DNA of 64,000 bases from Christensenellales bacterium (GTDB taxonomy: Bacteria > Bacillota > Clostridia > Christensenellales > UBA1431): NCBI GenBank assembly GCA_040772545.1, contig JAXGXY010000004.1, positions 25,613 to 89,612 of the forward strand, read 5' to 3'. How positions within the stretch are numbered: position 1 is the first letter of the stretch; every line of letters begins with the position of its first letter. The notes under the pieces are model-generated. The model had not been told where the DNA came from. It did not search any database and was given only the letters and a program-made list of their open reading frames with translations. Shown in pieces: positions 47,989 to 56,791 of the stretch. A program made the position numbers and the translations under genes.

Positions 47989-48276
47989 GGTGCTAGCACC
48001 CGGCCAGACTATAAAACAAGCCGCGCCGCCGGGGTCGAGCGTTGTTTTGTCAAATAGAAGCTTTACCCGGAAGATTTCCACAGCGCTTTACCCAGGCAAA
48101 TCCTTCAAAACCTTGCACGAATGAATCCCACAGGGCCTCACCTGAACAAACCGCACAAAGCGAAGCTTTGGGCGGAAGAGGAGGAGCAACGGAGCGGTGC
48201 GAGGAACCCCCGACGCGCGCAGCGCATAGGGGGTTACGGGCGAAGCGGAGTTTGCTCCGACGTGGGTGCTAGCACC
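47989..48276 (+). repeat. Type I repeat element (48001-48264) bracketed by a duplicated 12-bp palindrome
   Basis: GGTGCTAGCACC occurs at 47989-48000 and again at 48265-48276. The interior carries a degenerate H1 hairpin (48151-48175), AAGAGGAGGAGCAACGGAGCG and the terminal CGGAGTTTGCTCCG (48246-48259). Confidence 0.85.
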
Positions 48277-48310
48277 ATGCATGTGCGCATAACAATATAC
48301 GAAAAAAGGG

Positions 48311-48892
48311 GTGGGAGCCATGCGCATGATCTGGGGCCTGATGATCCTCGCCGGCATCGCGGGCGGCATCATCGGCGGTTCGGGCGACAAGCTCCTCGAC
48401 GCCGCCCTGTCGGCCTGCGGCGACGCCGTCACGATCAGCATCACGCTCGTCGCCGCGTACGCCCTGTGGATGGGGATCATGAACATCGCGAAGGAAGCGG
48501 GCATGGTCTCCGCCCTCGCGCGCGCGCTGAGGCCCGTGACGCGGCGGCTGTTCAAGGGCGTGCCGGAGGGCGCGCCGGCGCACGAATACATTTCGCTGAA
48601 CCTCTCGGCGAACGTCCTCGGGCTGGGGAACGCGGCCACGCCCTACGGCATCAGGGCGATGGAGGAACTGCAAAGATACAACCGGAAGCCGCGCTTTGCC
48701 ACCAACGCGATGTGCATGCTGCTCATCGTCAACGCGTCCTCGGTGCAGGTCTTGCCCACCACGGTGATGGCATTGCGCGCGTCGGCGGGAAGTGCGGAGC
48801 CCGCCGCCATCGCGCTCCCGGCGCTGCTCGCGACCGCCGTAAACACCGTTTTCGCCGTCGCCCTCGCAAAACTGGCGGAGCGTTATCTGTGA
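48311..48892 (+). CDS. spmA: Spore maturation protein A (nucleoside-recognition/Gate domain)
   Basis: MRMIWGLMILAGIAGGII..., polytopic, paired with spmB. Confidence 0.85.
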   Translation: MGAMRMIWGLMILAGIAGGIIGGSGDKLLDAALSACGDAVTISITLVAAYALWMGIMNIAKEAGMVSALARALRPVTRRLFKGVPEGAPAHEYISLNLSANVLGLGNAATPYGIRAMEELQRYNRKPRFATNAMCMLLIVNASSVQVLPTTVMALRASAGSAEPAAIALPALLATAVNTVFAVALAKLAERYL

Positions 48893-49416
48893 TGGATGCG
48901 GTGTTCGTCTTTTCCCTGCTGCCGGTCGCGTTCATCTTCGCGGTCGTCGCGGCGGGGCTTATAAAAAAAGTGGACGTCTACACGGCGTTCGTCGAGGGCG
49001 CGAGGCAGGGCCTGAAAACAGTGGTCAAGGTCCTGCCCTACCTGGTCGCGATGCTGATGGCGATCGCGCTATTCAGGGCCGGAGGCATCCTTCCGCTCGT
49101 GGAGACGGTGTTCAGGCCAGTTTTGAAAGCCGTGGGCGCGCCCGAGGAAGTCGGGCCGCTGTTTTTCATAAGGCCGTTTTCGGGCAGCGCCGCGCTGTCC
49201 ATGCTCGCCGATATCTATGCGCGCGCGGGCCCCGACAGCTTTGCAGGGCAGGTCGCGTCCGTGATGATGGGATCGACGGAGACGGTGTTCTATACGGCGG
49301 CGGTCTATTTTGCGGCGGCCAGGGTCGAGAGGACGCGGCACACCATCCCCGTCGCGCTGCTGGCGTCGGTGGTCGGCCTCATCGCTTCCGTATGGTTTTG
49401 CAGGTGGCTTTTGTAA
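48892..49416 (+). CDS. spmB: Spore maturation protein B
   Basis: MDAVFVFSLLPVAFIF...; its ATG overlaps the spmA stop (TGATG). The track ORF 48121..49416 is an artificial 5' extension in the same frame. Confidence 0.85.
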   Translation: MDAVFVFSLLPVAFIFAVVAAGLIKKVDVYTAFVEGARQGLKTVVKVLPYLVAMLMAIALFRAGGILPLVETVFRPVLKAVGAPEEVGPLFFIRPFSGSAALSMLADIYARAGPDSFAGQVASVMMGSTETVFYTAAVYFAAARVERTRHTIPVALLASVVGLIASVWFCRWLL

Positions 49417-49419
49417 ACG

Positions 49420-49448
49420 TTGTTATGCTATGGCGAAAGTGATATAAT
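49420..49448 (+). promoter_or_regulatory. Candidate sigma-A promoter upstream of comB
   Basis: TTGTTA (49420-49425), 17 nt, then perfect TATAAT (49443-49448). Confidence 0.4.
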
Positions 49449-49568
49449 ATTCGGTGCGAATCAAGAAGCAGGCGTGCGGGCCCCTTTTTTGGACAATCCT
49501 CCGGGTAAGGGGAAGGGTTTAATCCTTAACATATCTGCAAGGCCAAGACTGACAAAGGAGTTAAACCG

Positions 49569-50282
49569 ATGATAATTGAAGTATTCGGCGCATACCACCA
49601 TTTAGCCAGTAAGGACATACGCAACACGCAGTCGGTGGTTATCGACACGCTACGCGCGACCTCGGTGATGATAACGGCGCTCAAGAACGGCTGCCGGCAG
49701 GTCGTTCCCGCTATCGAGATCGAAGATGCGATGCGCCGAAAACGGACGATGTCCGAACAGAACGTGTTGCTGGGCGGCGAACGGGATGCCCTGAAGATAC
49801 CGGGATTCGACCTGGGCAACTCGCCGAAGGAGTATAAAAGGGAAACGGTAGAGGGCAAGGTGCTCGTGTTGACCACGACCAACGGCACGGCGGCGCTGCA
49901 CAAGGCCAGCGGTGCCAAGCGCGTACTCGTCGGCGGGATGATCAACGCCTCCGCAGTGGCAAAGAAACTGGCGCGGGATCCCGGACCCACGTATATCATC
50001 TGCGCCGGCACGCACGGCAAATTCTCGCTCGACGACATATACACGGCGGGCTGCATCCTATCGCGGCTCCGCGAGCTGGTGCCCGCCCTGGAGATCGACG
50101 ACCTGGGCTTCGCCAGCGAGATGATGTATCATAGATACCGGAACAACTGGCGCGACCTCGTGAGCAACGCGTCCCATTACAGCGTGCTGGTCAAATCCGG
50201 ATTTGTGGGCGATATAGACTACTGCATGCAGGAGGACACGGCGGACATCGTCCCCGAATGGACGGACGGCATCGTCATGTAG
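49569..50282 (+). CDS. comB: 2-phosphosulfolactate phosphatase family protein
   Basis: VVIDTLRATSVMITAL, TTTNGTAAL, and overall length and pattern of the ComB family. Confidence 0.8.
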   Translation: MIIEVFGAYHHLASKDIRNTQSVVIDTLRATSVMITALKNGCRQVVPAIEIEDAMRRKRTMSEQNVLLGGERDALKIPGFDLGNSPKEYKRETVEGKVLVLTTTNGTAALHKASGAKRVLVGGMINASAVAKKLARDPGPTYIICAGTHGKFSLDDIYTAGCILSRLRELVPALEIDDLGFASEMMYHRYRNNWRDLVSNASHYSVLVKSGFVGDIDYCMQEDTADIVPEWTDGIVM

Positions 50283-50305
50283 CGCCGGCGGCCGTTTAGC
50301 CAAAA

Positions 50306-50340
50306 ACGGGGGATTATGCTTGAATCCCCGTTTTCTTTAT
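50306..50340 (+). terminator. Terminator after comB
   Basis: ACGGGGGATT-atgcttg-AATCCCCCGT followed by TTTTCTTT. Confidence 0.7.
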
Positions 50341-50422
50341 TATCCGTTCGGAAGAATTTGGTGTTTTCAACACGTATTGCGCAGACTATAGCCTAAGAAC
50401 CGCAAGGAAAGGAAACAGGGAT

Positions 50423-52378
50423 ATGTCCACACCGACGTACTACATCACCACCCCGATCTATTACCCCAGCGACAAGCTGCACATCGGGCACAGCTATACC
50501 ACCGTCGCGGCGGACGCGATGGCGCGGTACAAGCGCCTGAAGGGATACGACGTGATGTTCCTCACCGGCACCGACGAGCACGGCCAGAAAATCGAGCGCG
50601 TCGCCAGGGAGAACGGGATGGAGCCGCAGGCCTATGTGGACGGGATCGTGGCCGGCATCCGCGAGCTGTGGGCGCTGATGGACATCTCGCACGACGATTT
50701 CATACGCACGAGCCAGCCGCGGCACGTAAAGACGGTCCAGAGGATATTCAAGCGCCTGTACGACCAGGGGGACATCTATAAATCCGCGTACAGCGGCTGG
50801 TACTGCACGCCCTGCGAATCGTTCTGGCTGGAGCGCCAGCTGAAGGACGGGTGTTGTCCCGACTGCGGGCGCCAGGTGGAGATCGTTTCGGAGGAGAGCT
50901 ATTTTTTCAGGCTGAGCAAGTACGCGCCCAGGCTTATCGAGCACATTGAGACGCATCCGGAGTTCATCCAGCCCGCCTCGCGAAAAAACGAGATGATGGG
51001 TAACTTCCTGCTGCCCGGCCTCGAGGACCTGGCGGTGTCGCGCACCGGGTTTACATGGGGCGTCCCCGTGGAATTCGACCCCGGGCACGTGGTCTACGTG
51101 TGGCTGGACGCGCTTTCGAACTACATCTCGGCGCTCGGCTACGAGTCGGAAGACCCGTCGCGTTTCGACCGTTACTGGCCGGCAGACGTGCACCTGGTCG
51201 GCAAGGAGATCGTGCGGTTCCATACGATCATCTGGCCGATCATGCTCATGGCGCTGGGACTGCCCCTGCCCAAGCAGGTTTTCGGCCACGGCTGGCTGAT
51301 CCTCGAAGGCGGGAAGATGTCCAAGTCCAAAGGCAACGTAATAGACCCCAAGGTGCTCTGCGAGAGCTATGGCGTGGACGCGATACGGTATTTCCTCCTG
51401 CGCGAGGTGCCGTTCGGGAGCGACGGCGTGTTCTCGAACGACGCGCTGAGGATCCGCACCAACGCGGACCTCGCCAACGATCTGGGGAACCTTTTGTCGC
51501 GTACCGTCGCGATGGTCGAGAAATACTTCGGCGGCGTTCTGCCAGCGCCTTCGCAGCCTGTTGCCGCGGAGGACGACGCGCTCGTACAAACGGCCGCAAG
51601 CCTGCATCTCAGGGTGGACGAGCAGATGGACAGGCTCAACATCCCCGAAGCGCTCGCCGAGATCTGGACGCTGGTCGGGGCGTGCAACAAGTACATCGAC
51701 GTGACGATGCCCTGGATCCTCGCGCGGGACGAGGCCAACAAGGCGCGGCTGGGCACGGTGCTCTACAACCTTGCCGAGTGCCTGCGCATCGTTTCGGTCC
51801 TGATCTCCCCGTTCTTGACGCGCACCTGCACAGCGATGCAGGAGCAGCTGGGCGTGCACGGGGAAGCTCAAACAGGCTATTTGAGCGCCACGCGCTTCGG
51901 CGTGATCAGCCCGGGCACGAAGGTCCGAAAAGGCAGGCCCCTGTTCTCGCGCATCGAAACGGAAAAAGCGCCAAGCCCCGACAACCCGGGCAAAGCGGGT
52001 AAAAAGGCCGCGAAACAGGCCGAAAAGCAGGACGGGAAGGGCAAAACCGGCGAGATAAGCATCGGGGAGTTTTCGCGCGTGCAGCTCAGGACCGCGACGG
52101 TGACGGCCTGCGAAGCCGTGGAAGGGTCTGATAAACTGCTCAGGCTCGCCGTGTCGATGGGTGGCGAGGAACGGACCATCGTATCGGGCATAGCCAAGTG
52201 GTACAGACCGGAGGAGGTCGTCGGGAAAACGGTCGTCGTCGCGGCGAATCTGAAGAAGGCCAGGCTCAGGGGCATCGTTTCGGAGGGCATGGTGTTGAGC
52301 GCCGAGGACGCGAACGGAGACCTGGCGCTGGTCACGATCGACCGCCCCCTGAGCGGCGACGGGTGTTCGATCTCATGA
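50423..52378 (+). CDS. metG: Methionine--tRNA ligase (with C-terminal tRNA-binding domain)
   Basis: HIGH-type PIYYPSDKLHIGHSYT, Zn knuckle CTPCESF..CPDCG, KMSKS, and a C-terminal EMAP/Trbp111-like domain. Confidence 0.95.
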   Translation: MSTPTYYITTPIYYPSDKLHIGHSYTTVAADAMARYKRLKGYDVMFLTGTDEHGQKIERVARENGMEPQAYVDGIVAGIRELWALMDISHDDFIRTSQPRHVKTVQRIFKRLYDQGDIYKSAYSGWYCTPCESFWLERQLKDGCCPDCGRQVEIVSEESYFFRLSKYAPRLIEHIETHPEFIQPASRKNEMMGNFLLPGLEDLAVSRTGFTWGVPVEFDPGHVVYVWLDALSNYISALGYESEDPSRFDRYWPADVHLVGKEIVRFHTIIWPIMLMALGLPLPKQVFGHGWLILEGGKMSKSKGNVIDPKVLCESYGVDAIRYFLLREVPFGSDGVFSNDALRIRTNADLANDLGNLLSRTVAMVEKYFGGVLPAPSQPVAAEDDALVQTAASLHLRVDEQMDRLNIPEALAEIWTLVGACNKYIDVTMPWILARDEANKARLGTVLYNLAECLRIVSVLISPFLTRTCTAMQEQLGVHGEAQTGYLSATRFGVISPGTKVRKGRPLFSRIETEKAPSPDNPGKAGKKAAKQAEKQDGKGKTGEISIGEFSRVQLRTATVTACEAVEGSDKLLRLAVSMGGEERTIVSGIAKWYRPEEVVGKTVVVAANLKKARLRGIVSEGMVLSAEDANGDLALVTIDRPLSGDGCSIS

Positions 52379-53172
52379 AGGCGAGGTATTTCGATTCGCA
52401 CGCGCATCTCACCGACGAGAACGCCGCCAAACTGGAGGCGGTGCTATCGGCCTGCGACGACGCCGGCGTGCGCCATATCCTGGACGTGGGGAGCAACCTT
52501 GCCGACAGCGCCCTGTGCGTCGCGCACGCGAAGGCGCAGGGCTGCATACACGCTGCCGCCGGGGTGCATCCGCACGCAGCGACGGACATTCCGCCCGGCG
52601 AGGGCATGGAGCGCCTGCGCGCGATGGTGTCAGGAGGCGGCGTGACGGCGATCGGCGAAACCGGGCTCGACTACCACTACGACCGCGACTGGCGAGACGC
52701 GCAGCTCGAATGGTTCGAGGCGCAGCTCGGCCTGGCCGCCGAAACAGGGCTCCCGGTCGTGGTGCACGACCGCGAGGCGCACGGGGACGTCCTCGACGTC
52801 CTCAGGAGGCACAGGGGCAGGGTGACGGGCGTGCTCCACTGCTTTTCGGGGTCCTACGAAATGGCGATGGAATGCATTAAACTGGGCTTTTACATCTCGT
52901 TCTCGGGCAGCGTGACGTTCAAGAACGCCCGGCGGCTCCAGGAGACGGCATCCAGGCTGCCGCTTAGCCGGCTGCTGATCGAGACCGATTCGCCCTACCT
53001 GACGCCAGAGCCGATGCGCGGCCGCCGCCCCAATCAACCCGCGTACGTGGTGCACGTGGCCGAGGCCATCGCGCGGCTGCAGGGTACGGACGTCATAAAT
53101 GTGGCCGAAACGACATTTGGAAATGCGTGCGCCCTCTTCGGCATACGGGAAAAGGACGGGGAAAACACATGA
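52375..53172 (+). CDS. tatD: TatD-family metal-dependent hydrolase/DNase (YabD-like)
   Basis: FDSHAHL, GETGLDYHY, HDREAH and ETDSPYL. ATGA overlap with metG. Confidence 0.92.
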   Translation: MKARYFDSHAHLTDENAAKLEAVLSACDDAGVRHILDVGSNLADSALCVAHAKAQGCIHAAAGVHPHAATDIPPGEGMERLRAMVSGGGVTAIGETGLDYHYDRDWRDAQLEWFEAQLGLAAETGLPVVVHDREAHGDVLDVLRRHRGRVTGVLHCFSGSYEMAMECIKLGFYISFSGSVTFKNARRLQETASRLPLSRLLIETDSPYLTPEPMRGRRPNQPAYVVHVAEAIARLQGTDVINVAETTFGNACALFGIREKDGENT

Positions 53173-53789
53173 GCGGGCACAAGGACATATACGCCTACGA
53201 TTATTTCGGGCAAGGCACATATATCAACCTGACCAACCGCTGCACCAACCGCTGCACGTTCTGCATCCGGTCGACCGAGGAAGGCGTCGGCGGGCACGAT
53301 CTCTGGCTCAGGCACGAGCCGGACGCCGGGGAGGTGCTCGAGCAGCTCTGGGCCCTGCCGCCCTCGGACGAAGTGGTCTTCTGCGGCTACGGCGAGCCGA
53401 CCGTCCGCCTCGGCGTGCTGCTCGAGGTGGCGCGCGCGGTCAAGGCGAAGGGGAAGCGCGTGCGCCTGAACACGAACGGCCACGGGAACCTGATCCACAA
53501 ACGCAACATCGCGCCCGAGCTGAAGGGCCTGGTGGACACGGTATCCATCAGCCTCAACGCCCCGGACGCAGAAAGCTACGACGCGCTCTGCCGGCCGCAG
53601 GTGGACGGCGCCTTCGAGGCCGTGCTCGACTTTGCGCGGGCCTGCGCGGGCGTGATCCCCAGGGTCGTGCTTACGGTGATGGACATCATAGGGGAAGAGG
53701 CGATCGAGAAATGCCGCGCGCTCGCCGAGGAATCGGGAGCCGAGCTGCGCGTACGCCAACTCGTCGGCGAGCCCGCCGAAAACGGTTAA
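53169..53789 (+). CDS. TatD-associated radical SAM protein
   Basis: CTNRCTFC (CX3CX2C), then FCGYGEP. ATGA overlap with tatD. The track start at 53127 is an extension. Confidence 0.8.
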   Translation: MSGHKDIYAYDYFGQGTYINLTNRCTNRCTFCIRSTEEGVGGHDLWLRHEPDAGEVLEQLWALPPSDEVVFCGYGEPTVRLGVLLEVARAVKAKGKRVRLNTNGHGNLIHKRNIAPELKGLVDTVSISLNAPDAESYDALCRPQVDGAFEAVLDFARACAGVIPRVVLTVMDIIGEEAIEKCRALAEESGAELRVRQLVGEPAENG

Positions 53790-53820
53790 AAATCTATAAT
53801 GATTCTGAATAATTCGGACA

Positions 53821-53855
53821 GCCCGTGTGGGGATTCCTGCGCGGGCATTTTTTTA
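53821..53855 (+). terminator. Terminator of the metG-tatD-rSAM operon
   Basis: GCCCGTGT...GCGCGGGC stem (two G-U pairs) followed by T7. Confidence 0.6.
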
Positions 53856-54017
53856 TTCTCCGTTGTGAAAGCAGCAGCGTGCCGGCGCATATACGGTTAT
53901 TGTTGCGCCAAGGTTTCGAAAAAAAGACAGGAGAAGTTTAATGTCGTCAAGGTGGGGGAACAAATGTGAAAAGGATGCATATGTTGTGCAATGTGGGAGC
54001 GGAAGTGGAGGCAAGGT

Positions 54018-54046
54018 TTGACAAAGTAAGAAATCTGTAATAAACT
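54018..54046 (+). promoter_or_regulatory. Candidate sigma-A promoter of the yabE-like gene
   Basis: TTGACA (54018-54023), 17 nt, then TAAACT (54041-54046). AAGGAGGA RBS lies before the ATG at 54096. Confidence 0.45.
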
Positions 54047-54095
54047 TGTAAAACACCTGAGGGCCGCTCGGAACGGCCTGACAAGGAGGAACAAG

Positions 54096-55544
54096 ATGAG
54101 ACGTCATCGCAGGTCGGGTTGGGGAGATATCAGAGTCGACTCGGCAAGCTATATGAACGGCGTTTTGTATTCGAAGCGTAAGACCGGCAGTGTCCATGCG
54201 CCAAAGACGAAGAAAGCGCTGGGGAATGCCTTTTCGCGGCTGAAGGCCGTTTTTAGGCTATTGCTCCTGCCGCTGGGCCTTTTGGGGCAGTTGATACAGA
54301 GCCTGATCAACAGCAAGGCGGCTCGCAAGAAGATGCCGTCGCGGGTCCGGCTGGCGACCAAGGAACTGAAGAAACCCACCAGACTCAGGCAGGCCGAACA
54401 CATCACCGTCCAGATGGACCTGGGCAGACCGGCCACGGTGCGGGCGGTCGCGGCGATCGCGGGGGAGCGCCCGCGCCGCCGTGGAGTCCTGTTCGGCGCG
54501 GCCTGTTTCGTACTGTGCGTGCTGTCGGCGGCGGTCGCGCCCGCGCTTGCGGCTCCGCCGGAAGGATCGACGATCTTCACTTTCTGCGACAACGGCCGCG
54601 TCATCAACGCCGTTTCCAGCGCGGGCACCGTACAGGACTTCCTCAAGGAAAACGGCGTGGAACTGTCTGTCGGGGACGAGATGAACGTCAAAAAAGACGC
54701 CCCGCTGCTAGAGGGCATGGTTGTTTCGATCGACAGGGCGATTCCCGTCACGGTAGTGAGCGGGGGCCGGAGGCTGGCGGCGGGCATACGGTCGGGCACG
54801 GTGGCCGATGCGCTAAAATCGGCCGGCGTCAGGCCTGACGAAAACGACCGCGTTTCCCCGTCGCTGGATACGAAGGTGCGCGCGGGGATGACCATCAACC
54901 ATACGGTCGTCGAGGTGGCCTATATTTCCCGTACGGAGCTTGTGCCCTACAAGACGGTGTACAAACGAACATCCTCGCTGAGCAAAGGAAAAGAAAAGAT
55001 CGAAAAGTACGGCGTCAACGGCAAGGTAAGCCATAAGATAAGGATAAACTACGAGGACGGCAAGGAGGTTTCCCGCTACGAGATCGATTCGAGCGTCGTA
55101 AGAAACCCCTCCGACGAGGTGGTGCTGATAGGCACCAAGGTGGCGTCCGTTGCCACGTCCGGCGGTTCGGGTTCGTCCGGATCGTCCAGCAGTTCGGGTT
55201 CGACCGGATCGTCTTCCTCGGGCTCTTCGGGGAGCGGGGCGGTCTCGGGCGTCCTTTCCCCCAGCAAGATCCGCACGACGAAGCGCATGAGCGCGACGGC
55301 CTATACGTTCACGGGGCACAGGACCGCGACCGGCACGTATCCGCGCCGCGGCACCGTGGCGGTGAATCCGTCCGTGATCCCGTACGGCACCAGGCTCTAT
55401 ATCGAAGGCTACGGCTACGGCGTCGCCGAAGACACCGGCTCGTTCATCTACTCCCACTCCAACAGGATCGACCTGTTCATGGAATCCCTCGGCCAGTGCT
55501 ACAGCTGGGGCTGCCGGACGGTAAATGTCTATATCCTCAAATGA
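54096..55544 (+). CDS. YabE-like cell-wall protein (DUF348 repeats, G5 domain, Ser/Gly linker, C-terminal 3D/RlpA-like domain)
   Basis: TM anchor, DUF348-like (VQDFLKENGVELSVGDEMN; VADALKSAGVRPDEND), G5-like (KIEKYGVNGKVSHK), 3D domain (ATAYTF..GTVAVNPSVIPYGTRLYIEGYGYGVAEDTG). metG-tatD-yabE-ksgA synteny. Confidence 0.85.
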   Translation: MRRHRRSGWGDIRVDSASYMNGVLYSKRKTGSVHAPKTKKALGNAFSRLKAVFRLLLLPLGLLGQLIQSLINSKAARKKMPSRVRLATKELKKPTRLRQAEHITVQMDLGRPATVRAVAAIAGERPRRRGVLFGAACFVLCVLSAAVAPALAAPPEGSTIFTFCDNGRVINAVSSAGTVQDFLKENGVELSVGDEMNVKKDAPLLEGMVVSIDRAIPVTVVSGGRRLAAGIRSGTVADALKSAGVRPDENDRVSPSLDTKVRAGMTINHTVVEVAYISRTELVPYKTVYKRTSSLSKGKEKIEKYGVNGKVSHKIRINYEDGKEVSRYEIDSSVVRNPSDEVVLIGTKVASVATSGGSGSSGSSSSSGSTGSSSSGSSGSGAVSGVLSPSKIRTTKRMSATAYTFTGHRTATGTYPRRGTVAVNPSVIPYGTRLYIEGYGYGVAEDTGSFIYSHSNRIDLFMESLGQCYSWGCRTVNVYILK

Positions 55545-55596
55545 AATCCGGCTCAGACGGTGGCCTTGGGGCCTACAGTCTGGCCAACGAAAAAAA

Positions 55597-55621
55597 AACG
55601 GCGCGAAATGCGCCGTTTTTC
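55597..55621 (+). terminator. Terminator after the yabE-like gene
   Basis: AACGGCGC-gaaat-GCGCCGTT followed by TTTT, preceded by A9. Confidence 0.7.
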
Positions 55622-55739
55622 CGACGATACGCTGTGTTGGCCTCCGGCGCCATTGTACGGAAGACGGAGGCCGCGGCGCCCAACCACGGGGCATCTGCCG
55701 GCGCCGTGCGTTAACCAAGATGCAGGGAGAGACGTTATC

Positions 55740-56612
55740 ATGCGGGAATTCACCGGGTCCCTGACCTCGCCCGCCGTGCTGGCCGGGCTGTTTCGCGAAT
55801 TCGGGGTCGTCCCCCTCAAGAAGCTGGGCCAGAATTATCTGGTGGACGCCAACGTCCTTTCGAGGATAGCGTCGGCCGCAGACCTCGGCGAAGAATCCTT
55901 CTGCCTGGAGATCGGGCCCGGCGCGGGCGCGCTCACGGCCCAACTCGCGCTAAGGGCCGCCAGGGTGGTGGCGGTGGAAGTGGACAGGGGGCTGATCCCG
56001 CTGCTACGGTTCACCCTCCAGGCCTTCGACAACGTGCGCATCGTGCACGGCGACATCCTCAGGCAGGACCTGCACGCGCTCGCCGACGAGCATTTTGGCG
56101 GCGCGCCGTTCGCGGTCGCGGCGAACCTGCCCTACAACATCACGACGCCGGCCATAATGCTGCTGCTCGAAAGCGGGCTGCCGGTGACGCATATGGTGCT
56201 TCTCGTCCAGCGGGAAGCGGGCGAAAGGCTGAACGCCAAGCCGGGCACGAAGGAGTACGGGGCGCTGTCCGTCGTGGCGCAGTGGGCTTATACGGCGCAA
56301 ACCCTGTTCGCCGTGAGCCCGAACTGCTTCATGCCAAAGCCCGGGGTGGAGTCGGTGGTCGTGCGGCTGCAGGCGAGAGAGCGCCCCGTGGCCGACGTGG
56401 ACGACCGGCGGGCGTTTTTCGGCATGGTCCGCGCGCTGTTTGCGATGCGCAGGAAGACGGTCTTGAACAACCTGCTCGCATACCGCAGGGATATGGGGAG
56501 GGAAGCGGCGCTTTTTGCCCTCGAAACCGCGGGCATCCGCCCCGGCGCCCGGACCGAAACCCTCCCGATCGCCGCGCTTGCGGAGCTTTACGCCGTAGTG
56601 CACGGGAAATGA
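55740..56612 (+). CDS. rsmA: 16S rRNA (adenine1518/1519-N6)-dimethyltransferase
   Basis: KKLGQNYLVD, LEIGPGAGALT, ANLPYNITTP. GGGAGAG RBS lies before the ATG at 55740. The track start at 55560 is an extension. Confidence 0.93.
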   Translation: MREFTGSLTSPAVLAGLFREFGVVPLKKLGQNYLVDANVLSRIASAADLGEESFCLEIGPGAGALTAQLALRAARVVAVEVDRGLIPLLRFTLQAFDNVRIVHGDILRQDLHALADEHFGGAPFAVAANLPYNITTPAIMLLLESGLPVTHMVLLVQREAGERLNAKPGTKEYGALSVVAQWAYTAQTLFAVSPNCFMPKPGVESVVVRLQARERPVADVDDRRAFFGMVRALFAMRRKTVLNNLLAYRRDMGREAALFALETAGIRPGARTETLPIAALAELYAVVHGK

Positions 56613-56677
56613 AGGGAAATCGCAAACAAACGCTCGCAGCGGACGGTTGAGGGCATTTAACGCAATAGAAGCAAAAA

Positions 56678-56708
56678 CCCCGGCAGGCAGACGCCGCCGG
56701 GGTTTTTT
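56678..56708 (+). terminator. Terminator after rsmA
   Basis: CCCCGGC...GCCGGGG stem followed by T6. Confidence 0.65.
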
Positions 56709-56791
56709 GTGTGGGCTTCGGGCCTTTTTGTTCGTTTTAGGAGAACAACCCGGCGGCGTGCATATACTGACAGGGGGAACGCAATATTCGT

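Noticed and set aside
48121-48891. N-terminal 257 codons of track ORF 48121..49416.
   Set aside because: This part runs through the repeat element and overlaps spmA in another frame. The real spmB starts at 48892, coupled to the spmA stop.
50341-50422. T-box leaders upstream of metG and upstream of alaS (31220-31340).
   Set aside because: The spacers (~80 and ~120 nt) are too short. No T-box sequence (AGAGA...GGTGGNACCGCG-like) was seen.
50393-51871. Very long antisense or alternative-frame ORFs. Examples: 50393..51871 - inside metG, 62571..63833 + inside trpB2, 18446..20212 + and 19068..20321 - inside hppA, 24595..26328 + inside addA, 30771..32537 - across pepV/alaS.
   Set aside because: These are classic GC-rich shadow ORFs. 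Their translations are Arg/Gly/Pro/Ala-rich with no motifs, while the overlapping frames carry unambiguous conserved protein signatures.
53790-54095. c-di-AMP (ydaO-type) riboswitch upstream of the yabE-like 3D-domain gene, as occurs in some Firmicutes.
   Set aside because: No ACGGGGA/CCCGAATCC-type conserved cores were seen. The best promoter (54018-54046) leaves only a ~45-nt leader.
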